DNA of 61,650 nt, filler included, from Sphacelaria rigidula (lineage: Eukaryota), in assembly GCA_964200075.2 (NCBI GenBank). It is 3 parts of 3 records of this genome, joined end to end, with 100 filler letters (N's around TTAATTAATTAA, not from the genome) between each part and the next. Parts side by side here need not be neighbours in the genome. Positions count along the whole stretch, not along the records: positions 20,594 to 41,076 come from CAXNAA020000524.1; 2 more parts are not named here. The stretch is one strand, 5' to 3'. Positions 23,956 to 35,358 of the stretch are shown here, piece by piece (position 1 is the stretch's first letter; each line of letters opens with the position of its first letter). Made by a program: the position numbers and the translations under genes. The notes beneath the pieces were generated by a model. It did no database searches, was not told the origin of the DNA, and was given only the letters and a program-made list of their open reading frames with translations.

Positions 23956-24270
23956 ATCGGTGAAAGGCGATGACCCGAACATAGTGCGCCCTTGAGCATG
24001 TCCCTGGCGCGGCAGTGTATCGTGCACTACCATAGTAATCTTCATTAATCTGTATGATGAGACGTTTACTGCGGCCTTTACCCCGGACCTCCAATCGACG
24101 AATTTTGAAGAAGGGTCATCATTCGTCCACGTTGAAACATGAGATTGTTGATAACAGCAGCCGCGTCGGCAACGTCTGCGCCGTCCACTACAACAGCAGT
24201 AATACCGCAATGGAAACTAAACACAACGTTCCACGATACAGCAGCTTCTTCACCGCCCTCTCAGACATAC

Positions 24271-24494
24271 CTGTGATGCCCATTGAGTAGGGTGAGGACT
24301 ATATCAGCAGGCAGTAACAGCGTGCCCATGAAGCCCAGCAGCCACGATACGAACACCGTCCCGCCCACCAGCCATGGCACCTCCTTGGCCTGGTAGTACC
24401 ACAGCAGACCCGCAGAGAAGGTCACGAGCAATGCCATTTCCACCGCTATGATTTCGGCGGTCAGCATGTACTCTTCGTCATCGGAGAGTGCCAT
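24271..24494 (-). CDS. LMBR1/LMBRD2-like membrane protein, exon 1
   Basis: ATG at 24494; two hydrophobic helices and LLWYY...VSWLLGFMGTLLLPADI (LMBR1 'LP.DI' motif); donor CAG|GTATGT. Confidence 0.9.
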
Positions 24495-25997
24495 GCTTCA
24501 ACCTGCTGCGTTCTACGGTTGGAGTTGGAGAAGGGGTGGCAGGGGGGAAAGATACTAGGAGATCGCATTCGACGTGTGTGGTGGTGTACGTGGTACGAAT
24601 ACGGGGACGAGTGACCCCCAACTTGAAACTCCAAACAAGCCGTACGTACACAGCGCGGTATGCATGCTTGGGGATCAAGCGTTTTGTCACTTTTACGCAG
24701 CTGACCACAAGCACACCTATTTGAAATAGCGCGCGCACGCGGGGGGTTCCGAAGAGGGGACGAGGTGGGGTGAATTATTTTGTTGCCAAACAGTTGAGGT
24801 TGCGTGTCAAGAGCTGGTACGGTTTAGGGCGCTCGAGCAGGCGAGACCTGGTAGCAACAAGAGTGGTTTGCGTGCTTGTAGTATGCCTTCTTCAATAGGG
24901 GCGTGAGTACGTCCGTAGCTTTTCTGTTCCGATCGTCACTTGAGCACAAATTAGGCGCGCTTTATACGCCTTATTACCGTCCTTCTTGTGGTGTTGTGGC
25001 AGTGTCCCCTCCCGAGGCGCGCCTTCTAGCATGAGGAAACGACGACAAGTTGGGCATTCGAAGTTTTGACGTTTATTTTTAATTTTAAAACGAAGATTTT
25101 CGCCAGGCCGTTTCATATAGACTGAAAAGAGTTCGGGCGGAAGACTTTTCTCAGTGACTTTTTTCCACAGAAGTCAGGTTTCAAAACCCCCACCTTTTAG
25201 TCCATGGAAAAAAAACTGGCGAATTGTACACCCGAGGCCATCATTTGCATTCTGAGCTTGTGCCACCTGCGGTAAACTAACACGTAATCCCGTCCAGGTA
25301 CAGGATAGATGGGGAGGCACCACACACGCAGTAGCTACTGGTATAATAGGGATAGATGAGGATGCACAGAGTGCTGCGGCAGCTTTGCTGCTGCTACGGT
25401 ACTGTGTATACAACATGCATAGCTACTTTTGCGTTGACTGTACTACACTTGTATGCCAGGAGTGTGTGATGGAGCATTGACTATATCACTGCGGGTGCGG
25501 TGTGTGAGGAGCGTGCCACGAAACGTCACTTTCCAGACAGTTTGATTTAACTGAGAACTGACGGGCTTTCCCAGCGAGATTTGGAAGAATCCAGAGAATT
25601 TTGCACGAAAAATCGCCCTACAAGGTCGCGCTCTGAAAAAAAGCATCTGGAAACTGAAAAAAACGACTTTTTCAGTGACCTGTTTCAGTCTGCAAGAAGC
25701 GGCATCAGTCAGAGTTTGGAGGCCACAACCGGCACACGTGCACCCTAACCCACATACGAAAACAACAAATGCCACTACACTCATGATACATGATACAGCA
25801 TCGGGGCATTGTGGCCTTTGGATATAGGGCATTGCAGCCTTTGGCCTCTCGCCAGGCAAGCTACAAGGTACGAGCTACCACTCCCCCACCTCTCATCATT
25901 TACTGATAAGCCTGTCGGCTTGTCTAGTGACAAGTCACGCCACAAAGAGCACTTGCGGGCAGCTGGCTGCAGGAGACACATGAAAAATTATCGCAGC

Positions 25998-26103
25998 TTA
26001 ACCCTTAGACCGCGAGATTAGTCTTCCTGGATCATGCATATTTTTCTTCACTTGAAATTGATGCCGATTCAACAGAAGACTAACCTTGCGGTCTAAGGGT
26101 TAA
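25998..26103. mobile_element. ~100-bp piggyBac-type MITE, best-preserved copy
   Basis: TTAA-CCCTTAGACCGC...GCGGTCTAAGGG-TTAA: TIR with perfect TTAA duplication. Confidence 0.85.
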
Positions 26104-26142
26104 TGCCCGTTTTATGCGCGTTTCAAACTCGTTTCAAACGTA

Positions 26143-26252
26143 CTAACCCTTAGACCGCGGTGCGGGTAATCCATCTGTACAATGCATACTTATTTCAAGT
26201 AAATGTTGATGCCGATTCAGCAGGTGAACTACCCTCGCGGTCAAAGGGTCAG
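26143..26252. mobile_element. ~100-bp piggyBac-type MITE, adjacent copy
   Basis: CCCTTAGACCGCG...CGCGGTCAAAGGG with the shared core. Confidence 0.75.
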
Positions 26253-26510
26253 GCTGATTAAAAGCTTTGCGATCAAAAGGCCTCTTCAAGCTCAAAACCC
26301 TCATATAAAGCTAAACTTCATGCGCGCATACGGAACTCAAGCCTGAACTATTTTATTTTTCACCCTGCCCGTCGTGTGCAAATAATTATAAAACGGATTT
26401 GAAGTAATCTGAGAACATAAATTCCGTGGATATATCAGATACGAGCTAATTACAACGAATTCGATTCGACCACGTTTCGCGTCGAAATGTTTTTATAAGG
26501 GCGTAGCTAA

Positions 26511-26787
26511 GCACACTAGTTCTCGATCGAACTTGTGCGGTGGAAAACAATAAAATCGGGTCTGATAGGTCGTAATTTCAACAATCGTCGTTAATTTGAA
26601 GATGGTTGAAATTACGGCCTGTCATATTAGGATTTATGTTGTCCACCGCACTTTTTCAGTCGAAAACTGATGCGCGAAGACACGTGATTTCAACCATTTT
26701 AAAAATTAACGATGATGGTTGAAATCGCGACCGATCAGATCGGGATTTTGTTTTCCACCGCACAATTTCGATCGAAAACTAGTGTGC
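26511..26787. mobile_element. MITE with long TIRs and an internal extra copy of the TIR
   Basis: GCACACTAGTTCTCGATCGAACTTGTGCGGTGGAAAAC inverted at 26750-26787; TCCACCGCAC...TCGAAAACT repeated at ~26642-26668. Confidence 0.75.
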
Positions 26788-27715
26788 TGCGACACGCTCC
26801 AAGACAAGGCCTAATACACGAGCTAAGACAATCCCTCAACGCTCAACACCCTTGAAAAAAATGCCATGGAAAAATCACTGTGGAAATAGCATTTTGAATG
26901 CGGAGGAACAATCCGTGCAGGAAACGTTTTGTATGTTGGTTGCAACGCGTGGGCTGTTCGTCTCATCATGGGGCATGAGGCACACACGAGAGGTGCGCGG
27001 ATATCTAGCAATCTGTCGAGCGTGTGACGCACTGGTCTGGTCGCGTGCTGTTACGATGTCACGTTCTCATTTTGGAACAATTTCTTCCTTTCGAAAATAA
27101 TGGCGGGAATCTCTCCTGATCATCAGGTTCTGAACAGCCACGACCATCTTCAAAATACAAGATTATTATCAGACCTCTTCTCTCGATAAGACACGGCCTT
27201 AGGGTTACGGTTAGGGTTATTGTTCGAACATGGATTCATCTCGCCAAGTTCGCATAAACCCGCCTCCTTTGACCTCCTGCGGAGGGGAAACTTTTGCTGA
27301 AAACGACTCATATATTTGGTGAAGAATACCCCCATGTAGCAGACAGGCGAATCAATGCCGGTGCGAGAGTAACATCGCTGATGAGTTCACCGCCGTGGCT
27401 GAGATTGCATTCTGAGGGGTCTCCGGCGTTGCCCACGGTTGTCAATACAGACAGAAACCATACAAATCCCGATCTTTCGGCGCTGCTCACTCCTACTTGT
27501 ATTGTATCCGCTCTTCCTTCCACGGAAAGACGAAGTAAGCACCAGTAGGCACTACTGACGGTACTCGCACCTAGGACGCGGTCGTGCGATCGGGTATCCC
27601 TCGACGAGCCAAACTGTCCGAAGCAACAACATGTACGACAAGGTCTATAGGTGTGTGCCGTAGTGATGTAATTGCCATAAAGTTCTTTGAACTGCTGTAT
27701 GTATGGGCCACACAG

Positions 27716-27816
27716 ATACGTACAGGACCTCAACATAAGTCACCAGCATCAAGCGCCAAAGGGGTATTGTCTGTGCTGCACGAACGGCAGAGAGTGCAAC
27801 ATCAAGTACCTGGACG
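27716..27816 (+). CDS. Candidate exon, Cys-rich (YVQDLNISHQHQAPKGYCLCCTNGRECNIKYLD)
   Basis: CAG acceptor and GT donor around an open Cys-clustered frame; gene identity unresolved. Confidence 0.4.
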
Positions 27817-29333
27817 TACTTGAGCCGTTGTTCTCGCGCCGACCTGAGGCCGTGTCTCATCGAGACCAAAAAAAGAAGCGTGAAAGGGAACAATCGTCCA
27901 AAAGCAGCATGTTGATTTGTGGCGGCAACCATAGATCAGCCCGGCGATCGATCAACGTGCTGCTTTTGGACGCTTATTCCTTTTCACGCTTCTTTTTTTT
28001 TGCTCGGGAAGACACGGACTAATGCCAAATGCCGTATTGCTTGCTCTCTTAACCCATCGATCGTGAGGGTGGGTGGGTCGTCCGCTGAACCAGTACCATG
28101 CTCACTCGAAAAATGTTTGTACGAACCAGATGACATACCCTCACTCACTGCCAAGGGGTTAGCACGCGCAAGCCTTGTCTGTCTCAGTATCTCCCGCGCG
28201 TTTCAATAACGGGACCATCACGAGAGTGGTGTTTCGTGGAGCATGTTCGAGGCTGCCAGATTGTTCCATGGTCGAATCAGTGGGTGCGGAGTAATAGCAC
28301 GCCGAAGACCATCTCGGCATTCCCGTTGTAATTTAGGTGCGAGCTATCATCGGGAATCCGCTGAGATCCACACTACCAGCAACGATCCCAACATCTCATG
28401 ACAAAACCTATGTCTGCAGTAATTTCTGTATTCGCTCACTTCATGTCTTTTGACTGTACGAGTATTTCACTGCTGTTGTCTATGTGGCAATCTCGAATGT
28501 CCGTCCGCCTGCGCACTTCCAACGATAGACGGCAAAATCAAAACGTACTGGGCGAGGAATAACGCTGCTTACCCACAAGTTGAGACACACGGTAGTGGGG
28601 CCCTTGTGTTGGCATGCCCTTGGCGAGCCTCATTCCTGTTTATATTGCGTGCCAATTTCGCGGCTGATGGTGCTCTTGGCCCAGCTGGTGGAGCTGTAAG
28701 CAGTCACTGTCCGTGCCGTATCTCGTACTCGATCGTTTTCTGTAAATTGTACTTACTCTTGTACAGGAGCAGCGGCGGCATCTAGCCTGAAAATACCTTG
28801 CTGCCGTTGTGACTCGCGAAGTCTTCCAGCAACGAACAGAACAAGCAAGTGGACAGGTCCGATGAAAGTATACCCCAGCAATGAACGCCGCACATAACTC
28901 ACCTCTGCAAGAATCTGGTCCAGCTCTCTTCCTCACTGCTCAGGTTGCCGCTATGTGCGCTGCAACTAGTTACGGAGGGTAGTCAAGCGTCACATCGGTT
29001 TGTATCGCACACCATAAGTCATTTCCTGGTAGATTTCAAATTTAGTGGTCTTACCTTGGTCTCACCTGCTCTCACTCATTGATATACAGAAACATTTATT
29101 TGAGCGAAACTTAGCAGTCAGACTTACCTACAAGAGTGAACTGCTACAAAATGACTCGCTCTTTATGCTATTGGTTTTCTGGGTTCATTACACATCTGCC
29201 TCTCAGAAAAATGTTTCACGACCGTAGGTATGAAAGTTGTACTAATATAGTGATGAAAAACAAGAACTGGAGAGAAGTCAACCACCTGAAATATGGGCCG
29301 AAATATGAATCAATGAGAAGCACTTTTGTGTAG

Positions 29334-29431
29334 GGGTTGAAGAGGGGCTGGAAATGGGGGATACCCTGAGACCACCTGAGGAGCTGGAAGCGCAGATAGC
29401 GGCAGACGAGGCTTTGGCTAGAAGATTACAG
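29334..29431 (+). CDS. Candidate exon with MIU-like ubiquitin-binding helix (EELEAQIAADEALARRLQ)
   Basis: TAG acceptor and strong CAG|GTATGC donor; motif matches the DEELARxLQ type. Confidence 0.6.
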
Positions 29432-30429
29432 GTATGCAATGTTGCTGCTGTGTAACACCTTATCTGCTTGTGCAATGCTTTTGTGCGGATTTGCCACAAA
29501 ACGAATCGGAGAAATAGTTGAAAAGAGGCGGATTATTTATCTACGTCGATCTGAAATATAAGATACATTTGTGCCACAGTTTATATACCAATGAATCTTA
29601 TATTATTACGCTTTCTGTGCTTCAGCCCAGGACTCCAGCGTGCCAGCACTTTTGTACATTGAAGAGCACGGTTTGCTTTTACTGCACTGTTGTCGAGGGC
29701 GTTTGCGCCGCTTGTGCCGAATAGTTACGTAAGCACTGTCCGTTTCTAAGCGTGCAAGGACCCCCATGCTTCCTCATCTGTGACACATTTGAATTGCGAA
29801 AGTGGTGAGGTTGCGGTTGGGCCGTGTTGGTCTGATAAGAAACTTGGTTAGTTTCAAGTGTGGATGCTGAGAGCTGAACCAGCCGGCCTTCCTGCCTCCT
29901 GTGCTACACGATACCACCAGAAGCGAGACGCCAGTCCGTCATGCGACACTTGGAGCTGCCCTGTCTTCTCTTTTCCACTGGCTACAATCTTCGACCTGCC
30001 CTACCTATAGTTCACGTCCGGTGCTTGCACTCTCTGTGCCAGTCGAAAAGGTTTCCTCTGGCAGTACCGTATCGTACTTGGGTTCAACCGTTGACCGTCA
30101 GAGTATTGCGTTCGCCCATCACGCACCCTTGTACTGTACCCGCACAGTAGCGCAGTACAGACAGTATCTTTGGTCCACCATACCAAGGCATATTGTAGAG
30201 TTCTTATTAATTATCACGTATTGGGTGCTCGGGAGACCCCGCACAATATTTTTGGATCCTGTGTACCACGTAAACTTTGAACTCGGTCAACTCACGCATA
30301 CGAGTGGATACATCTCATAAGCGGGCGTCTGTTGAAAATCCACATAGAGGATGAGGAAAACTCGGGGCATCTGTTTACAGTAGGTGCAGAATAATATGCC
30401 TTTTATTTTTTATCGCGAGTACTTAACTA

Positions 30430-30716
30430 AAAATCTTGCTATATATATATATAATTTTAATATATATATATATAAATAAATTTAATTAATTAATTAATTA
30501 ATTAATTGGATGGATTTTAGTGGCATTTGGGGATGGTTGGTCATTTGATTTATTTTTTTGAGCAAGGGAAAGACAATATGTATTAAATAAATATATATAA
30601 ATAAATTTAATTAATTAATTAATTAATTAATTGGATGGATGGATGGATGGATGGTTGGTCATTTGGGGATGGTTGGTCATTTGATTTATTTTTTTGAGCA
30701 AGGGAAAGACAATATG
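30430..30716. repeat. AT-rich tandem duplication (~125-bp unit) with (TA)n, (TTAA)n and (GGAT)n microsatellites
   Basis: CATTTGGGGATGGTTGGTCATTTGATTTATTTTTTTGAGCAAGGGAAAGACAATATG occurs identically twice. Confidence 0.9.
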
Positions 30717-32215
30717 AAGGCAAGTGGGAGATTGTTGATTTGAGTGTTGGTTCGATCGCGTTGGATTGCGACATACCAACTGAAATGATACCTGGTTGTG
30801 GCACAATACGAAAGTAATGCGCGACGAAGAGGCAAGAGGCAAGGCGTATTCAAGGTACATCAAATAGACTGCAAGCACTCGCTACAAAAAGGTGGTGAAA
30901 AGAAAAAGAAAAAATGAAAAAAGAGGGAAGTAAGATGAACTGAAAAAAAGAACATGTTCAGTATGGTGCCATACGAGCTGGGCCACCATATAATAAGAGT
31001 GGATCTTCATGTTGCGAGCGGATTCTCCCCTCAATTTCCAGATTTGCAATTTAAAAGTCGGCATGAAGAATCTGTAAAACATAATAGAAAAAACTAATTT
31101 ACCCACCCTGAGTTTTTTTTTCTCATGAGTTGATCATAACGCAATTTCCAGTTTTCACCAAAGCGTCCTAGCTCCCGGGGGATTGGAAAGTCTCAGGGTT
31201 GGGAAATCAATTTTTTTTTATGATACCCTACAACTACCGATTCTCCCTTCCAACTTTCAACTTCGAGCTCCCAACCTTCAGTTGAGAGTTCCAGGTTTTC
31301 AGCTTGGGCCGGGTGAGATTCATCTTAGCATTTTGTACACCATTTACATGCCTAGTTTTGATGCTTCAATTTTTGTGTGGAGAATCGGAAGCGCATAAAA
31401 ATGAATGAAAAATTCTGCGGGATGCCGTTTTTCCCCATGAATTCAGGGCATTCCGGGGTATTGCGGACCGATTTTCCCTGTAACGTCCGTGACCCACGAA
31501 GGAAAAAAACTATAGACCACGCGGTATTGTTTTTATCATCCCCTTGTGATCGATTCTCCATACTAGATATCTAAACGCAACGCCTAAAAACCGAGCTGAG
31601 ACACTGAGTCAAGGGCCAAAAGCTGAACTAATTTTTCACATGAAAACTCAACCTAAAGGTCCTCAACTCATGGAAATAGAAGAAATTATGGAGCTTAATT
31701 GCTTTCCTTCATTGTGCCCTTCCGATTCCCTGTTTCAAATTTCAAAGACAAATCTTAACATTGAGGGCAGAATCCCAGATAAGAGCATTTTGTGCCTTTG
31801 CTCTCAAAATATTGAGCTTTGTATTAAATGTTGTTTGCGCCATATCTCTAGATTGGTAACTAATTACGTTTAGGCGAGGATATCCATCGTTTCCCCATGC
31901 TCCAGGGAATGTTCACAACCGAGTGCATCATCTGCCGTACATATCATTCGGTAGTTCGTGAAGACTTCAGTATAAGAAAACCCTATCTGTGTACCTGGTA
32001 CGTCGTGGGATTTGCTCGACATGGCGTTTAACCCTTTTGGGACTGAAGCTCACTAACACCACGTTCACGATGTGTTATTAAAATAATAATAAACAGGATG
32101 AAACTTTCGGTCTTCATCTAACCCTGCCGTTACATACATTTGTTGATTTTCAGCAAAAATGAAGCCACTGTTTCATGCATATGCAGGACACGTCATTCCT
32201 AACCAGCCTCGTTGG

Positions 32216-33150
32216 CAGTGTTGAAAATCGGATATCGATACTCGATACGATTTCGATAATATCACCCAATACGACGTATCGGTATCGCCGCTTCTCAATC
32301 CGATATTTGTCGATTAGTATCAATATCGATATAAATATCGGATATTGATATGGCCGATATATTTATTTATTTATTTTACCGGGGGGGTGGTAGTAGACAG
32401 CACATCGTCGCACCGCCCATCACCCCACTGCCCACCACCCCACCACCCACCACACTCCACTCACCACACACACCACACACCACACAGCCACTTGCTGCGA
32501 ACCACACCAATCTGCAACACGAGCCGCCTTCAAACTTTCGGCTTTGTAAAGGGCGGTAGCGCAGAGTCTGCTGTCGACGTTTTTGCCGAACCCTCTATAT
32601 CCGTGTCTGCTACGGCGGCGGCTGCACCAGTGGCCGCCCCAGTGCCCTCTACCAAGAGTGGAGAGAGCGGGCAAGCAGAGTTACCCGCGAAGGTAGCGGA
32701 TCCTTTAGACTTCCCATACAACCCATCCCTGCAAGCCCACGTGTTCAAGTATGGGAAATGGAGACGTTGGGTCGACAGGAAATCAGCTCTCATTATATCC
32801 AGTTTTTCTACAAGCTTTGAAGTTCTATCGCTTTGGCGTTTACGTGTGAGGAGAGTATACTTAGGGTTAGTGTAGCCGACAATAAAAAAATGGTCCTGCT
32901 GCCGACTTATCCCTTGTTTGGTACGGAGAAAAGAAAATGCGAGCGCGCATTTGCATTCATCATTTTTCGCCCAGTTTCGACGTTTGGCAGATGGGGTATG
33001 TAAGTATGAGCATGCAGGTCGCGAACGCCTCCTGAGCCAAATCCGCAAGAAACCCAATTTCAAATGCTGAACGCACGAAACCAAATCGCACTCCACATCA
33101 GCTCACAGCAGGGCAGTAACACCAAACACATTTAGGGTAGGATACCGCAA
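32216..33150 (+). mobile_element. Possible 5' end of a hAT transposon with decayed transposase N-terminus
   Basis: CAGTGTT start followed by dense CGATA/TATCG subterminal repeats (32230-32360); downstream open frame and a NFK...HE..SH...H..A segment loosely resembling a TTF-type zinc finger, with a stop. Confidence 0.4.
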
Positions 33151-34084
33151 ACGTAGGTGGCGATGAGTTCTCTGCTGGACTACCAGGAATCAAGTGGATC
33201 GTTTTTTCTTGAAGCACTTCTCGGAGGCAATTTCTCAAGGACAAAAAGGAGGTTAACGCTGCGGCGTCATGGACAACAGGCCACCAGCTGAGTGTTGGAA
33301 TGTAATCCTGCCATGTGTGTGTGTGTGTGTGCGTGCGTGCGATTACGTAGTCACAACCATCTACACCCGCCGCAGCCTATGCGCTGGAAAACAGTGTCTC
33401 CGGGCAGATAACGACATGTTGATGGATACTGCGGTACTCTGACCACTATAAGATGCACGACCGTATACACGCAAGGAGAGAGGTGGAATTGTGAAATCAC
33501 ACCATCATTGTACTACAAGTAATGTTTGCTGTCTGCTGTGCGGATCGTATTATCTGCACAGCGGACAACAGACAACAGTAGTACAGTAGTATTATACTGT
33601 ACAGGTTTTGTAATGTTCTCTACAGTTGGCAAGTAGAACGATACGGGAGCACTCCTACTGCTCGTTCTGCCGCCTCGACAGCCTGCACAGTACACAGTGT
33701 ACAGACACCGTGGTGTCTTGTACAACAGGAGTGCAGCAGGCGGTATTCTCGATAGCAAGCAGCTGATGCGCCTACAGTCGGTGTGTTCAAAGCGTCCGTA
33801 CAATCGAGCATGCGCGGTGCTTGGTTGGCCAAGAACACAATGTAACTGTTGGCTCGTCAATATCGAGCAGGGAGCTCATCGCCGCCGACGTATGTGGTGT
33901 CCTGCCCTGCGACAAGATCCTTTCTTGCCTACCCTGCTGTGGACTGCTGTGAAGTGCGACTGGCATTTGTTTCGTGTGTGCAGTATATCGATTTGAAATT
34001 GGGTTATCGTGGACTTGGTTCTGGAGGCGTTCGCGATCTGCACACTCCTAGTTGCATACCCCATCTGCAAATAGGTCGCGCAAT

Positions 34085-35225
34085 ATGTGCCACGCACGCG
34101 GCGGTACCCGATAACTCGCAGGAGGAGCCGGTAGTGTACCGTCCTTAGCAACCGGGAGTGCTGGCGGCGCGGGACCTACGCCATGCATCCATACTGTAGG
34201 GCCTCCATCTCCTCCGCCTTCAGTAGTCGGACCTTGAGTCTCCTCGGTGCTGTTGGTCGGTCATAGAGCTCTCAGAAGAACTTTCTGCTGCACACCCACG
34301 CTGCTCTGCTCCGGTTGTTGATCTCTTGTGTCAGCTCGCGATCTTCGGTGACGAGTCCACCTAAATATCGGAACCTCGTGGTCTGTGCCTACTTCTGGTC
34401 CGCTGCTTCGATTACCAGTGGTGAGGGAGGCGGTGTTGGTGACTCCCCCTTCTGTGGCGATTTTCCGGTACTCGCATCAGGAGAGTCTCTGTCTTGTCCG
34501 ACACCGTCAATCCAAAGGCCTCGAACATGTGCACTACAACGGTCATCATCCTCGCCAAGCTGTTGGGGGACCCCGAGACGACAGCCGTGTCATCTGTATA
34601 TAGCATTCCCCACACCGCTCTCCGTACGCGTTCCAGAGGTGTCTCCGTCCCCCTCCCCGTCTCCTCCTCGAGATATATCATGTTCTTGAAGATGATTTCC
34701 CCGCTGAATCGCACAAGAGCTATCTCGAGCGCCGCAGGGAAAGAAATATTGAACAGCAGTGGAGACAACTCTCATCCTTGTCGCAGTGCCTTAATGACCT
34801 CGAACCACTCCGAAAGCTCCCCGTCGTCCCTGCGTACGCGGGCCTGCATGCCGTCGTGGAATGGGCGGATGACTTTTACCATTTCACCCGGAATGCCAGC
34901 TCGGACCAGCACCCGCCACAAAAGCTCTCGGTCGACCGAATCACGGGCGTTTGGGAGGTCGATGAAGCACATGTATAGCTGTATTCTCCGCTGTCGTTCC
35001 AGTTCCTGGAGACGGCGCACTACAAACAGCATGTCAAGTGGATCGATCAGGTCGGAAGCCGCACTGTTCCTCGGGCAGTATTTCGTAGGCTTCGCAGTAA
35101 TGGCTGAGGTGGTTGGCCACTATATTCAGAAGCACCTTCCCTGCGCGCGAGACCAGTGTGATTCCCCGGTAGTTGTTACAGTTGGAGCGGTCCGATTTCT
35201 TGTAGAGCACTTTTATGGTTGCAAT
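34085..35225 (-). mobile_element. Degenerate RTE-clade LINE reverse transcriptase fragment
   Basis: [16 protein letters not shown]...DSVDRELLW, LRQG, SPLLFNI and WGMLYTDD motifs across frameshifts. Confidence 0.92.
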
Positions 35226-35246
35226 TCAGAGGCTCTGCATACTCAG

Positions 35247-35358
35247 AGGCCCTTCCCCATGGCCCCCTGGCCCGCCCCTGCTGAGGTGGGCCGAGGACTG
35301 CCAGCGATCTTCACCCATGCAAAGACCACCGAACCGCCGACGGTGGAGCAAGAAACAG
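35247..35358 (+). CDS. Candidate internal exon of unknown gene
   Basis: GC-rich open segment with CAG acceptor and strong CAG|GTGAGA donor; no recognisable domain. Confidence 0.3.

Noticed and set aside
23685-24210. Poly-Gly and poly-Pro ORFs
   Set aside because: Translations of the LINE poly(C) tail.
27199-27219. Telomere (TTAGGG-like units; also ~49958-49986)
   Set aside because: Only two to four degenerate units embedded in repeat-like DNA.
28767-28856. Selenocysteine recoding of in-frame TGA codons (also ~27414 and ~38327)
   Set aside because: No redox-motif context, no SECIS identified, and exon frames are uncertain; decay or wrong frame is simpler.
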